The position numbers were made by a program, and so were the translations under genes. A DNA stretch of 64,000 nt. Source: an uncultured Actinomycetota bacterium. GTDB lineage: Bacteria > Actinomycetota > Actinomycetes > Propionibacteriales > Nocardioidaceae. Below, piece after piece: positions 8,700 to 20,277 of this stretch (the first letter of the stretch is position 1; every line of letters starts with the position of its first letter). The stretch spans positions 1,725,087 to 1,789,086 of the forward strand of contig CAWCGI010000005.1 in the NCBI GenBank assembly GCA_963795065.1, in the 5' to 3' direction. A model generated the notes under the pieces. It was given only the letters and a program-made list of their open reading frames with translations, was not told the origin of the DNA and did no database searches.

Positions 8700-9341
8700 T
8701 CACCTGACCGTCCCGGACCTGTGCGCGAGCACCACCGCCTGCACTCTGTCGCGTACGCCGAGCTTGGCCAGGACCCGCGCGACATGCGTCTTCACGGTTG
8801 CTTCGCCCACGACGAGCCGGTTGGCGATCTCTGCGTTCGAGAGGCCTTCTGCCATGAGTCCGAGGACCTCGGTCTCGCGTGCGGTGAGGTCGCCCGGCAA
8901 CTGGGGTCGTGGGGGCGGCTGACTGCTGGCGTACTGCGCGATCAACCGCCTCGTCACGCTCGGCGCGAGCAGCGCGTCCCCTGCGGCCGCCACTTTGATC
9001 GCGTCGACGAGCTGGCTGGCGGGTGCGTCCTTGAGCAGGAAACCACTGGCACCTGCGGCGAGTGCGGCATAGACGTGCTCGTCGAGATCGAAGGTGGTGA
9101 GGATGACAACCTTGGGGCCGGCCTCCATGGCGCCGATCCGGCGGGTCGCCTCGAGGCCGTCGAGGCGAGGCATCCGAATGTCCATGAGCACCACGTCGGG
9201 TGCGAGCTCCTCGGCCCGGGCGACAGCGTCCGCGCCGTCGACGGCAGTCCCGACGACGGTGATGTCCGCCTCCGCGTCGAGGATCATCCGCAGGCCGGTG
9301 CGCACCAGCTCCTCGTCGTCGGCGAGCAGGACCCGGATCAC
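8700..9341 (-). CDS. DNA-binding response regulator, NarL/LuxR family
   Basis: Receiver domain MIRVLLADDEELVR...VVLMDIRMPRLDG. C-terminal LuxR helix-turn-helix LTARETEVLGLMAEGLSNAEIANRLVVGEATVKTHV. The gene shares a 4-nt junction with the upstream kinase gene. Confidence 0.92.
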   Translation of the reverse strand: MIRVLLADDEELVRTGLRMILDAEADITVVGTAVDGADAVARAEELAPDVVLMDIRMPRLDGLEATRRIGAMEAGPKVVILTTFDLDEHVYAALAAGASGFLLKDAPASQLVDAIKVAAAGDALLAPSVTRRLIAQYASSQPPPRPQLPGDLTARETEVLGLMAEGLSNAEIANRLVVGEATVKTHVARVLAKLGVRDRVQAVVLAHRSGTVR

Positions 9342-10504
9342 GAGCGCTTCGCCTCCAGCGGGATCCGGGCATGGACCGAGAAGCCACTCTGCCCCTTGCG
9401 GGGACCGGTCTCGAGAGTGCCGCCGTACAACGAGACCCGCTCGCGCATGCCCATGAGACCGTGGGAGCCGCTGTCGTGGCCGTTGACCGGCTGCCTGCTG
9501 TCGGCCGGTCCCCGGTCGGTCACCACGACGTCGAACCAGTCCGGCTCGTACCGCAGGCGCACGTCAACCCGGACCCGTCCGGCATGCTTCAGGACGTTGG
9601 TCGTGGCCTCCTGCACGATCCTGTAGCCGGTCAGCTCGATCCCGGCCGGCAGCGACCGGACCGCGCCCTCGACCCGGAGGTCGACCGGCATTCCCGTTGC
9701 CCTCAGCCGAGCCACGAGCTCAGGAATCTCGTGCAGGGTCGGTTGCGGCACTGTGCCCGGGTCCGCGCCACCGTCGGTCAGCAGACCGAGCAGGCGACGC
9801 ATCTCGGCCAGGCCACCGCGGCCGGCCGTCTCGATGGCGCACAGCGCCTCGCGTGTCTGATCCGGGGAGGAGTCGAGCGCCCGCTGGGCGCCCTGTGCCT
9901 GGATCACGATCACGCCCATGCTGTGCGCGACGAGGTCGTGCAGCTCGCGAGCAATGCGGGCCCGCTCCTCGGCCACGGCCCTCTCCGCCTGCTCGTGCCT
10001 GCTTCGCTCCGCCTCCTCGGCGCGCTCGGTGAGGGCCACGGCGGCGTACGTGCGCCGGCGCACCCACCGGCCGAGCCCCCACACCCCGAGCAGGATGAAC
10101 CACGCCGGGACCACCTCGTCCCAGGGAGCTCCGTCTCGCAGGCGCGGGATGTCCGCGACGACCGCAAGGAGTACGACGGCCGCCGGGCCGACGAGGGTGA
10201 ATGGGTGAGACACGTGCGCTCCCACGGCGTACAACGCCAGGAGCACGGCGAAGAAGGGCTGCCCCAGGCCACCACCGAGCTCGAACTGCAACCATGCCGA
10301 GGCCACGACGGTCACAAGGACGGCCACCGCGAACCTGTGGCGCACGAGGAGCGGAACCGTGAACGCCGCAGCCAGGACGGTGTGGACTTCGGCGCCACCC
10401 ACCAGACCTGCCGGGGGCGAGACCCAGAGCTGGACCACCGCAGTGACGGCGAGAGTCAGCACGACCACGACGTCGACGAGCAGCTGCAGCCGGGCACGAG
10501 GCAT
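9338..10504 (-). CDS. Sensor histidine kinase (HisKA_3, NarX/DesK type)
   Basis: Multi-TM N-terminus, H-box RIARELHDLVAHSM, ATPase region ATTNVLKHA...GHGLMGMRERV. ATG (cat 10502-10504) is preferred over the ORF-track start at 10561. Confidence 0.9.
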   Translation of the reverse strand: MPRARLQLLVDVVVVLTLAVTAVVQLWVSPPAGLVGGAEVHTVLAAAFTVPLLVRHRFAVAVLVTVVASAWLQFELGGGLGQPFFAVLLALYAVGAHVSHPFTLVGPAAVVLLAVVADIPRLRDGAPWDEVVPAWFILLGVWGLGRWVRRRTYAAVALTERAEEAERSRHEQAERAVAEERARIARELHDLVAHSMGVIVIQAQGAQRALDSSPDQTREALCAIETAGRGGLAEMRRLLGLLTDGGADPGTVPQPTLHEIPELVARLRATGMPVDLRVEGAVRSLPAGIELTGYRIVQEATTNVLKHAGRVRVDVRLRYEPDWFDVVVTDRGPADSRQPVNGHDSGSHGLMGMRERVSLYGGTLETGPRKGQSGFSVHARIPLEAKRS

Positions 10505-10681
10505 GGCTCGACGGTAGCCACTGCCGTGCTTTCGCACATCCACATTGCGGGGGAGGCTCACCGACCGGGATCCGCCGTGCGGGGGACCTGAAGACCGGCA
10601 GCAATGCTGACGACGCCAGATACCCGGCGTCCCTACCGTCGGAGGACCGGCGAGCGACGCCGGAAGTGAAGGGAGCTCGTC

Positions 10682-11320
10682 ATGAGGTCGACTTTCCAGC
10701 GGACGGGGCGAGCGGCAGCCGCAGCAGGAGTGCTGATGACTGCCGGCGTGCAGGGCGAGTGGCTGTTCAACCCGCAGCGCGACGACGGCACGGTCACGAA
10801 CATGCCGGTCTTCGCACTTCTCCTGCTCACAGCCACGGCCGGTTTCGCACTGCTGCTCGTCGCGATCATGGGTCTGCGAGCCTCATCGGGCGGTTCCACG
10901 AGGGCGGCGCGCATCGGCTCGCTGCTGACGCTGGCCGGTGCCGGCTTGCTGGTCGTGTTCGGCCTGGTCGCTCTGGTCACTGCCCTGTTGAGCGGGTCCC
11001 CGCTGGAGGCGTCGTTCATCGCCTTCCTGCTCGGCATGCTGCTGCTGGCGGTCGGTCCGGTGACGTGGGGACTGTCACTGAGGAGGCGTACGCCGAGTCC
11101 CGGGGCGTGGCAGCTGCTCCTGCTTTCCGGCGTCGCGGCCTTCGGCGCTCTGGCGATCGAGCCGGACCCCTGGCACGACATCAGCCTCACGGTCATGTTC
11201 GCGGCGTGGTCCGCACTCGGCGTACTCCTGCTGCGGCAGGCGCATCAGCCGGCTTCCGAGCGCGTGACAGAGACCAACGCGTATCGGGTGCGGGACCACT
11301 CGGAACGCAGGCATGGCTGA
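10682..11320 (+). CDS. Hypothetical polytopic membrane protein
   Basis: 212-aa ORF with high GC3 and about 6 hydrophobic helices. I recognise no family. Confidence 0.6.
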   Translation: MRSTFQRTGRAAAAAGVLMTAGVQGEWLFNPQRDDGTVTNMPVFALLLLTATAGFALLLVAIMGLRASSGGSTRAARIGSLLTLAGAGLLVVFGLVALVTALLSGSPLEASFIAFLLGMLLLAVGPVTWGLSLRRRTPSPGAWQLLLLSGVAAFGALAIEPDPWHDISLTVMFAAWSALGVLLLRQAHQPASERVTETNAYRVRDHSERRHG

Positions 11321-11382
11321 CAGGTGGACGACCCAGCTGCCCGACCGGGCGGCCGCCGAAAGGGCCCCGGGCCCGAATGTTC

Positions 11383-11457
11383 TGGTGGGCGATACTGGGT
11401 TTGAACCAGTGACCTCTTCCGTGTCAAGGAAGCGCGCTACCGCTGCGCCAATCGCCC
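11383..11457 (-). tRNA. tRNA-Val (anticodon GAC), CCA encoded
   Basis: Reverse complement is gggcgattggcgcagcggtagcgcgcttccttGACacggaagaggtcactggttcaaacccagtatcgcccacca. It has a 7-bp acceptor stem, anticodon loop ttGACac and a GGTTCAAAC T-arm. Confidence 0.9.
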
Positions 11458-11472
11458 TAGCTGTTGAGTTTG

Positions 11473-11543
11473 AGGTGGGTACGGGATTTGAACCCGTGTA
11501 GACGGATTTGCAGTCCGTTGCCTCGCCTCTCGGCCAACCCACC
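11473..11543 (-). tRNA. tRNA-Cys (anticodon GCA)
   Basis: Reverse complement is ggtgggttggccgagaggcgaggcaacggactGCAaatccgtctacacgggttcaaatcccgtacccacct. Cloverleaf pairing is visible. CCA is not encoded. Confidence 0.9.
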
Positions 11544-11565
11544 GTGGAGGTTTCGGCTTACTCCG

Positions 11566-11638
11566 AGCGGACGACGAGGCTCGAACTCGCGACCTCAACC
11601 TTGGCAAGGTTGTGCTCTACCAACTGAGCTACGTCCGC
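11566..11638 (-). tRNA. tRNA-Gly (anticodon GCC)
   Basis: Reverse complement is gcggacgtagctcagttggtagagcacaaccttGCCaaggttgaggtcgcgagttcgagcctcgtcgtccgct. The D-loop agctcagttggtagagc is canonical. Confidence 0.9.
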
Positions 11639-11765
11639 CTGCGCCGCCGGTCTCCCCGCGGTGCGAAGGAAACCATAGCCGAAAGGGGGACCGTCACAAA
11701 CTCCGGGCATCCTTCGCGCGTCGGACACCGCGAGACCCCCATTGGCACGGGCTAATCTCGGACGC

Positions 11766-12587
11766 ATGCACGCTTGGGTGAACGGTCAGCTGCTGGAGGA
11801 TCCGGGGGCTGCGGCCATCGGAGTCACCGATCACGGGTTCACCGTGGGGGACGGCGTGTTCGAGGCGATCAAGGTGGTGGGTGGTCAGCCGTTCGCGCTG
11901 ACGCGCCACCTTGCACGACTCGGCCGATCGGCCGCCTCCCTCGGGTTGCCGGAGCCGGATCCGACGCTCTTCCGGGCCGCCGTGCACGAGGTGCTCGCGC
12001 AGGAGCACCTCGAGCTGGGTCGCATCCGGATCACCTACACCGGTGGCCCAGCGCCGCTGGGGTCGGGCAGAGGCGAGGCCGCGCCGACGACGGTGGTGGT
12101 CGCTGCGCCGATGCAGCCGGCGCCAGACACAGCCGCGGTCGCGCGGGTGCCGTGGCCACGCAACGAGCGCGGGGCCCTGGCCGGCGTGAAGTCCACGTCG
12201 TACGCCGAGAACGTGGTCGCGCTGGCGGCCGCGGCGAAGCAGGGGGCCAGCGAGGCGATCTTCGCGAACCTGGCCGGGAACCTGTGCGAGGGCACGGGTT
12301 CCAACGTGGGCTACGTCGTCGGGGGAGAGGTTCGAACCCCGACGCTGGCGGCGGGCTGTCTGGCGGGGATCACCCGACAGCTCCTGCTCGAGTGGTACGA
12401 CGTGCTGGAGATCGACGAGCCGGTCGAGATTCTCGACACCGCTGACGAGATCTTCCTGCTGTCGACGACGCGCGACGTGCAGGGTGTGCACCGCATCGAC
12501 GATCGGGAGCTCGCAGGACCCGGGCCGGTGACTCGTGAGCTGATGACGCTCTGGTCGAACCGGGAGGCCGAGAACCCGGACCCGTGA
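11766..12587 (+). CDS. Aminotransferase class IV family protein (aminodeoxychorismate lyase / branched-chain aminotransferase fold)
   Basis: MHAWVNGQLL...DHGFTVGDGVFEAIKV...ALTRHLARL...KSTSYAENVVA...ANLAGNLCEGTGSNV is typical of fold-type IV PLP enzymes. Confidence 0.85.
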   Translation: MHAWVNGQLLEDPGAAAIGVTDHGFTVGDGVFEAIKVVGGQPFALTRHLARLGRSAASLGLPEPDPTLFRAAVHEVLAQEHLELGRIRITYTGGPAPLGSGRGEAAPTTVVVAAPMQPAPDTAAVARVPWPRNERGALAGVKSTSYAENVVALAAAAKQGASEAIFANLAGNLCEGTGSNVGYVVGGEVRTPTLAAGCLAGITRQLLLEWYDVLEIDEPVEILDTADEIFLLSTTRDVQGVHRIDDRELAGPGPVTRELMTLWSNREAENPDP

Positions 12588-12591
12588 GGGG

Positions 12592-13017
12592 TCAGGCGCT
12601 GAGGAGTGAGGCGAGCTCGTCGTCGAAGTTCACGAACGCGCTCTCCTCGCCGTCCGGCACGGAGTCGAGCATCGAGTCGATGAAGTGGTCGACGCTGCGC
12701 GAACCGGCCTGGACCAGGAGCTCGCCGTCGGGGGAGCACAGCTCGATGATGACCACGGCGCTGCCCTCGGAGCTCAGGCAGGGCCACACGTGCACGTCGC
12801 CGTCACCCGTGGGCTCGTAGCGACCCTCGGCGAGCAGATCCCGGCCGAAGGTCCAGAGGACTTCCTGAACGCCGGTCCGGAAGACCATGGTCACGGCGTA
12901 CGGGTCGGCCGGGTCGAAGACCAGGTCAGCGTCGATCGAGGTCGCTTCACCCTGCGGGTCCACGAACTCGAGCTCAACGTTGTGGGTGATGACCTGTGCG
13001 GTCTTCGTCTGCTTCAT
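12592..13017 (-). CDS. ssgB: SsgA-family sporulation/cell-division regulator (SsgB-like)
   Basis: DPADPYAVTMVF...WTFGRDLLAEG...PTGDGDVHVWP...IELCSPDGE...VPDGEE closely parallels the SsgB signature blocks known from Streptomyces. Confidence 0.85.
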   Translation of the reverse strand: MKQTKTAQVITHNVELEFVDPQGEATSIDADLVFDPADPYAVTMVFRTGVQEVLWTFGRDLLAEGRYEPTGDGDVHVWPCLSSEGSAVVIIELCSPDGELLVQAGSRSVDHFIDSMLDSVPDGEESAFVNFDDELASLLSA

Positions 13018-13150
13018 CGTTACTCCCCTTGTTACGGACAGGGTCTCCCTCCAGAAACCCCAACGCGCCCTCCACGCGATGGGCTGATTCTGCGCAGGGT
13101 TTGCCCAGTCCGACAGGCGAAGTTCCGATATGTCCGTTTAATCCCACTAC

Positions 13151-13200
13151 TGGTCTACGTTTCCCAAGCCACTGGTCTATTTTTGGGTGCCGATGGTCTA
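13151..13200. promoter_or_regulatory. Three direct TGGTCTA repeats (22- and 21-nt spacing) in the ssgB upstream region; candidate operator
   Basis: TGGTCTA occurs at 13151-57, 13173-79 and 13194-200. The first two copies extend to ACTGGTCTA. They lie 134-183 nt upstream of the ssgB start in an AT-richer stretch. Confidence 0.3.
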
Positions 13201-13360
13201 GTCAGGTCGGGCATCGAATGTGCCCTCTCTGCTGCGTCAGGCTATGGGGCGGAGGGGTTCCGCGGCCCACTCCGGGGTCGTGTCGGCGTGTCCGAGTGCC
13301 TGCGCTAGGGTTTCCGACGCAACATCTCGACAGCCACGCAAGGCAACTCCCGTTCCGCGG

Positions 13361-13435
13361 GGGCGATTGGCGCAGTGGTAGCGCGCTTCGTTCACACCGA
13401 AGAGGTCACTGGTTCGAACCCAGTATCGCCCACCA
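13361..13435 (+). tRNA. tRNA-Val (anticodon CAC), CCA encoded
   Basis: Sequence is gggcgattggcgcagtggtagcgcgcttcgttCACaccgaagaggtcactggttcgaacccagtatcgcccacca. It is near-identical to the GAC isoacceptor apart from the anticodon arm. Confidence 0.9.
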
Positions 13436-13614
13436 GCACTCCACAGCCCTGACGCGAGGACGCACGCTCAGGAGCTGCTCCTGGCTCGCCGCACAGCAGC
13501 GACACCTGCTGCTGGTCCCCAGGCCTCACTATTGGGACTAAACGGACGAAACGGGCCAATCGGGTTACCCTGAGGTGTGCACACAGCTGAGCCCTCCGAG
13601 AGCCGACCAGCGCG

Positions 13615-16209
13615 GTGACTGTTCCGTCGACGCGTGATCGGTCACGCCCGGAGGCGACGCCGTGGTGGGCCACCAGAGCTCGCGCCGACCTGGTCTGGTC
13701 CGCGCTGGCGCTGACCGGCGTGGCGCTCGTGGTGGTCCAGCTGCTGCGACCCACGGGTCAGATCGGCGACTTCACCAACCTCGCAGCGGTCACGGGCGCC
13801 GCGGTCGTCGCCTGCGTCGGCGCGCTGCGCCCACGACTCGGGCCATCGCCCATCGCCCGGTTGATCGCCGTCGGGCTCACGGGCAACGCGGTCGGTGAGT
13901 GGATCTGGGTGATCACGACCTCGAGCGGACAGAATCCCAACGTCTCGGTTGCCGACGCGGCGTACTTCACGGGATATGTGGCTCTCGGAGCAGCGCTCTT
14001 CATCGCCACGCTGGTCCGCACCGACCGTGGCTCCCGGATCGACCTCGACGCGGTCATCGACGCCCTGACGATCACCGTCGTGAGCGTGCTGGTCTTCTGG
14101 AGCCTCTCCATCTCGGCCATCGTCGCCGACACGACCGTCACCGGGTCCACCCGCCTCGTCTGGGCCGCCTATCCCGTGCTCGACGCCATCCTGCTGGCAC
14201 TGGTCGCCCGGGCCATGACGAGCCGGCGGTCCAAGGCGTCGATCGGGCTGGTGTTCGGAATCGGCCTCGGCTTCTGGATGGTGGGTGACGTCGGGTACGT
14301 CCTCACGACGTCCGGGCAGCTCACGGGGGTGCTCAACGCCGCGTGGATGACCGGCGCGATGCTGATCGCCGTCTCCGCGTGGCGCAGGCCGGAGCCGGAG
14401 CCGGAGGCGGTGAGCGAGGAGGTCGAGTCGGGCCACCTGTCCTGGAGACTCGGCATCGCGACCGTCCCGATCCTGTTCCCACTCGTGCTGCACATGGTGG
14501 AGCACGCCAGGGGTGCGGAGGAGCACCTGGTGGCGACGATGATCAGCGTGACGGTGCTGCTGCTGCTCAGCTTCCTGCGCAGCTCCCGACTGCTGGCCTC
14601 GGAGAGCCGCGCGCGCACCGAGGCTCGCGCAAGCCGCGATGCCGCAGTCGAGGCCTCGCGCGCCAAGTCGGCCTTCCTGGCCACCATGAGCCACGAGATC
14701 CGCACGCCGATGAACGGCGTCATCGGCCTGACCGGACTGCTGCAGAAGACCCGGCTCGACGAACGCCAGAAGGAGTACGTCGACGGCGTGCACCTGGCCG
14801 GCGAGGCGCTGCTCCGGATCATCAACGACATCCTCGACTTCTCCAAGAACGAGGCCGGAAAGCTCGAGCTGGACATCATCGACTTCAACCTGGTCCAGGT
14901 GGTCGAGGAGACCGCCGCCCTGGTCGCGGAGTCCGCGCAGAGCAAGAACCTGGAGCTGTTGGCCTACTGCTCCCCTGAGCTTCCGCTCGGTCTGCGCGGC
15001 GACCCGTCCAGGCTCCGCCAGATCCTGCTGAACCTCGCCTCGAACGCCGTGAAGTTCACCACCGAGGGCGAAGTCGTCATCCGCGCCCAGGTGGACGGCG
15101 ACACGGCCGACGGGCCAGTGGTGCGCTTCGAGGTCAGCGACACCGGGCTGGGACTCGACCAGGAGGATCGGCAGCGACTGTTCGAGCCGTTCTCCCAGGC
15201 CGACTCCACGACCACCCGTCGTTTCGGGGGCACCGGCCTGGGGCTGGCCATCTGTCGCCAGCTGGTCGCGGCCATGGGCGGCACTCTCGGGGTCGAGAGC
15301 GAGCTCGGACGTGGCAGCACGTTCTGGTTCACCCTCCCGCTCCAGCTCGCCGCCGCCGACCAGTCCGTGGCCCCCAGCCGTTCCACCGACGGGCTGGCCG
15401 GCCAGCGGGTGCTCGTCGTCGACGACAACCACACGAACCGGCTCGTCCTGTTCGAGCAGCTCGGCGCCTGGGGGATGCGCGCCGACGTCGCCGTGGACGG
15501 TCCCTCGTCGTTGGCGCTGCTCGAGGAGGCGGCCGACCGGGGCGCGCCGTACGCCATGGTCCTGCTCGACCTCTGCATGCCGCAGATGGACGGGCTCGAG
15601 CTCGCCGCCCGCATCTCGGCGAACCCGAAGCTCACCGGTGTCCCACTCGTGCTGCTCACCTCGGTGCCGGACGTCAGCGCCGATCAGGCCCGCGACGCGG
15701 GCATCGCGGTCCGGCTGACCAAGCCGGTGCAGCTCTCCCGGCTGCACTCCGCCCTGCAGGAGGTCACGAAGACCGTCCTCACCGGCCCGCCGCGGATGAG
15801 CTCCACGCCGGTGGCGCAGCAGCCCAGGAGTCGCGGTCACGTGCTCGTGGTCGAGGACAACCACGTCAACCAGCTCGTCGCCGTCGGCATCCTGGAGTAC
15901 CTCGGCTACACGACCGAGGTCGCCGGCAACGGGCTCGAGGCGTTGGCGGCGTACGCGCGGACACCCTTCGACGCCCTGCTGATGGACTGCCAGATGCCCG
16001 AGATGGATGGGTACGTCGCGACCAGGGAGATCCGGCGCCTCGAGAGCGGGGGCGCGCGGACGCCGATCATCGCGATGACGGCCGGGGTCAGCGAGGGGGA
16101 GCGGGATCGCTGTCGTGGAGCGGGGATGGACGACTACGTCTCCAAGCCGGTGAACCCCCGGGACCTCGACGCCGCGCTCGTGCGCTGGCTCCCTGCAGCG
16201 CTGACCTGA
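13615..16209 (+). CDS. Hybrid sensor histidine kinase/response regulator (multi-TM sensor, HisKA, HATPase_c, two receiver domains)
   Basis: H-box [14 protein letters not shown]. ATPase boxes [16 protein letters not shown] and [14 protein letters not shown]1 is [10 protein letters not shown]...[11 protein letters not shown] and REC2 is [10 protein letters not shown]...[11 protein letters not shown]...SKP. The N-terminal start is uncertain. Confidence 0.9.
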   Translation: MTVPSTRDRSRPEATPWWATRARADLVWSALALTGVALVVVQLLRPTGQIGDFTNLAAVTGAAVVACVGALRPRLGPSPIARLIAVGLTGNAVGEWIWVITTSSGQNPNVSVADAAYFTGYVALGAALFIATLVRTDRGSRIDLDAVIDALTITVVSVLVFWSLSISAIVADTTVTGSTRLVWAAYPVLDAILLALVARAMTSRRSKASIGLVFGIGLGFWMVGDVGYVLTTSGQLTGVLNAAWMTGAMLIAVSAWRRPEPEPEAVSEEVESGHLSWRLGIATVPILFPLVLHMVEHARGAEEHLVATMISVTVLLLLSFLRSSRLLASESRARTEARASRDAAVEASRAKSAFLATMSHEIRTPMNGVIGLTGLLQKTRLDERQKEYVDGVHLAGEALLRIINDILDFSKNEAGKLELDIIDFNLVQVVEETAALVAESAQSKNLELLAYCSPELPLGLRGDPSRLRQILLNLASNAVKFTTEGEVVIRAQVDGDTADGPVVRFEVSDTGLGLDQEDRQRLFEPFSQADSTTTRRFGGTGLGLAICRQLVAAMGGTLGVESELGRGSTFWFTLPLQLAAADQSVAPSRSTDGLAGQRVLVVDDNHTNRLVLFEQLGAWGMRADVAVDGPSSLALLEEAADRGAPYAMVLLDLCMPQMDGLELAARISANPKLTGVPLVLLTSVPDVSADQARDAGIAVRLTKPVQLSRLHSALQEVTKTVLTGPPRMSSTPVAQQPRSRGHVLVVEDNHVNQLVAVGILEYLGYTTEVAGNGLEALAAYARTPFDALLMDCQMPEMDGYVATREIRRLESGGARTPIIAMTAGVSEGERDRCRGAGMDDYVSKPVNPRDLDAALVRWLPAALT

Positions 16210-16342
16210 CCGGTCCGGGCACGCCCCGCGCGAAACCCGGTACGCCGCACCGGCGACCCGTCGATACGATCGGACCCGGGCCGCCCGCGGGGCGACCACC
16301 GCCGTGCCAACCGCGGCAACCACCACGTCAGGGAGCAACCTC

Positions 16343-18322
<1,980 letters not shown>

Positions 18323-18326
<4 letters not shown>

Positions 18327-18901
18327 GCGAGCCCGATCACCTGAGCGGGCACCAGGACGGCGTCGGTGAGCCGGACGCGCTCGACCGGCTCTGGACCCCG
18401 CACCGGATGGCCTACATCCGTGGCGAGAGCAAGCCCAGCGACGACACCGAGGGCGAGTGCCCGTTCTGCCGGGTCCCGTCCCTCGACGACGCCGAGGGTC
18501 TCGTCGTACGACGTGGGGAGCGGGCGTTCGTGGTGCTCAACCTCTACCCCTACGCCCCGGGCCACCTGATGGTCTGCCCCTACCGGCACGTCGCCGGCTA
18601 CCCCGAGACGACCGACGAGGAGGCCGCCGAGATCGCCGCACTGACCAAGGGGGCCATGCGCACGTTGCGCCGTGTCTCCGCGGTGCAGGGTTTCAACATC
18701 GGGATGAACCAGGGAGCGGTCGCGGGCGCGGGCATCGCGGCCCACCTGCACCAGCACGTCGTGCCGCGCTGGCTGGGCGACCAGAACTTCATGCCGATCA
18801 TCGGGCAGACCAAGACGCTGCCCGAGCTGCTGCAGAGCACCCGGGGCCTCCTCGCCGAGGCGTGGGACGACACCGGGGACGCGGAGTCAGCCGACAGCTG
18901 A
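18323..18901 (+). CDS. HIT family protein (Ap4A phosphorylase-like, as found next to thrS in mycobacteria)
   Basis: The GTG start overlaps the thrS stop (GTGTGA). Contains CPFC and the histidine triad [11 protein letters not shown]. Confidence 0.85.
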
Positions 18902-20047
18902 GGCCATCACGTGCGGGTGGGCTGCGTCGCGGCCCTGGAAGCTGAGGATGGCCGGGTTGACCACGTGGCCGTCGCGCACCTCGATCGCCCGGCTGATCGT
19001 CTCGTCGCCGTCCCAGGCCGTCCGGGCCGGCCATCACGACGGGCAGGAACGGCAACAGGGCCTCACTGTTCTCCCAGGTCGCCGAGTTCCAGAGGTACGA
19101 CGGGCTGTGGTCCACCGCGTAGTAGTCGACGGTGTCCGCGACGGTGAACATCGGGTCGTCGAACGTGGTGGGCCGGGCCCACTCGAAGCCCATGCCCTCG
19201 TCGCAGGAGACGTCCACGATCAGGCTGCCCCGTCGGAACAGGGCGAGGTCGGCGACGGAGAGGAAGTTCAGCGGGGCGGCGGTGTCCTGGAGCGTGCAGT
19301 TGACCACGATGTCGTTCTCGGCCAGATAGCTCGCCAGCGGCACGCGGCCGCGCTCGGTGGTCACGTGGCTGAGATGGGGCGGCTCGGGGTCGTGGGCGAA
19401 CTGCCTGATCCGGACCGAGTGGATCGGTGACCCGACGGCGGCCACCCCCCGGTTGGTGAGGACCGCCACCTGGTGGACCCCGTGGGCGTTCAGCGCCGTC
19501 ACCGCCCCGCGCGCCGTGGCGCCGAACCCGATCACCACCGCCTCGAGCCGACGGCCGTAGTCACCGGTGGTCCCGGTGAGCTCGAGCGCCTGGAGCACGG
19601 AGCAGTAGCCGGCGAGCTCGTTGTTCTTGTGGAAGACGTGCAGTCCCACGGATCCGTCCACGGTCCAGTGGTTCATCACCTCGAACGCGATCAGGGTCAG
19701 GTCGCGGTCGATGGCCAGCTGGGTCATCACCGGGTCCTGGACGCAGTGCGGCCAGCCCCACAGCACGGCACCGGGCCGCATCGCCTCGACGTCCGCGTGC
19801 TGCGGCTTGGGGAGGAGCACGACGTCGGAGGAGGCCAGGATCTCCTCCCGGCTCGCGAAGCCCGCCACCAGGTCGGCGAGCTCAGCGTCCGAACGCCGGA
19901 ACCGCGCGGCGTACCCGTGCTCGAGGGTGATCGCGCGACGGAGCTCGCAGGGATCCGCTCGAGGTGGTCGGGGTGGAGCGGCAGCCGGTGCTCGTTCTCC
20001 TTCGACGACGACCCGATCACCCCCAGGCGCAGGGGCGTCGCCGTCAA
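18887..20047 (-). pseudogene. AlaDH/PNT-family NAD(P)-dependent oxidoreductase (N5-(carboxyethyl)ornithine synthase-like), two frameshifts as sequenced
   Basis: Three collinear pieces are visible. First, MTATPLRLGVIGSSSKENEHRLPLHPDHLERIP. Second, after a frame change near 19950, CELRRAITLEHGY...VIGFGATARGAV...VVMAGPD. Third, after a frame change at 19019, AWDGDETISRAIEVRDGHVVNPAILSFQGRD...*. Length is 1161 nt, consistent with one insertion plus one deletion. Confidence 0.75.
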
Positions 20048-20178
20048 CGCTTCTTGCCCCGCGGGGTTTCCTTGATGATCGAGGAGTCGTCGTTCTGGCC
20101 GCGCTTCGCTGCCCGCTTCTCCTTGATCGACTTGCCGGTCTTCTTGGTCATGCTCTGACGTGGGGACTTGTCGCTCAT
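20044..20178 (-). CDS. Small Lys/Arg-rich protein (44 aa), hypothetical
   Basis: Product is MSDKSPRQSMTKKTGKSIKEKRAAKRGQNDDSSIIKETPRGKKR. aaggg lies upstream of the ATG. Its TGA stop overlaps the TTG start of the downstream oxidoreductase gene (TTGA). Confidence 0.5.
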   Translation of the reverse strand: MSDKSPRQSMTKKTGKSIKEKRAAKRGQNDDSSIIKETPRGKKR

Positions 20179-20277
20179 GGCGGACCCTTTGGTGGGAAGC
20201 CTGAATGGCTCCGTGCTGCTGACGGTACGCCCCTGCTCGCAGGGGAGGTCCGCCCCGGGCGGTAGCCTGCTCGCGAC

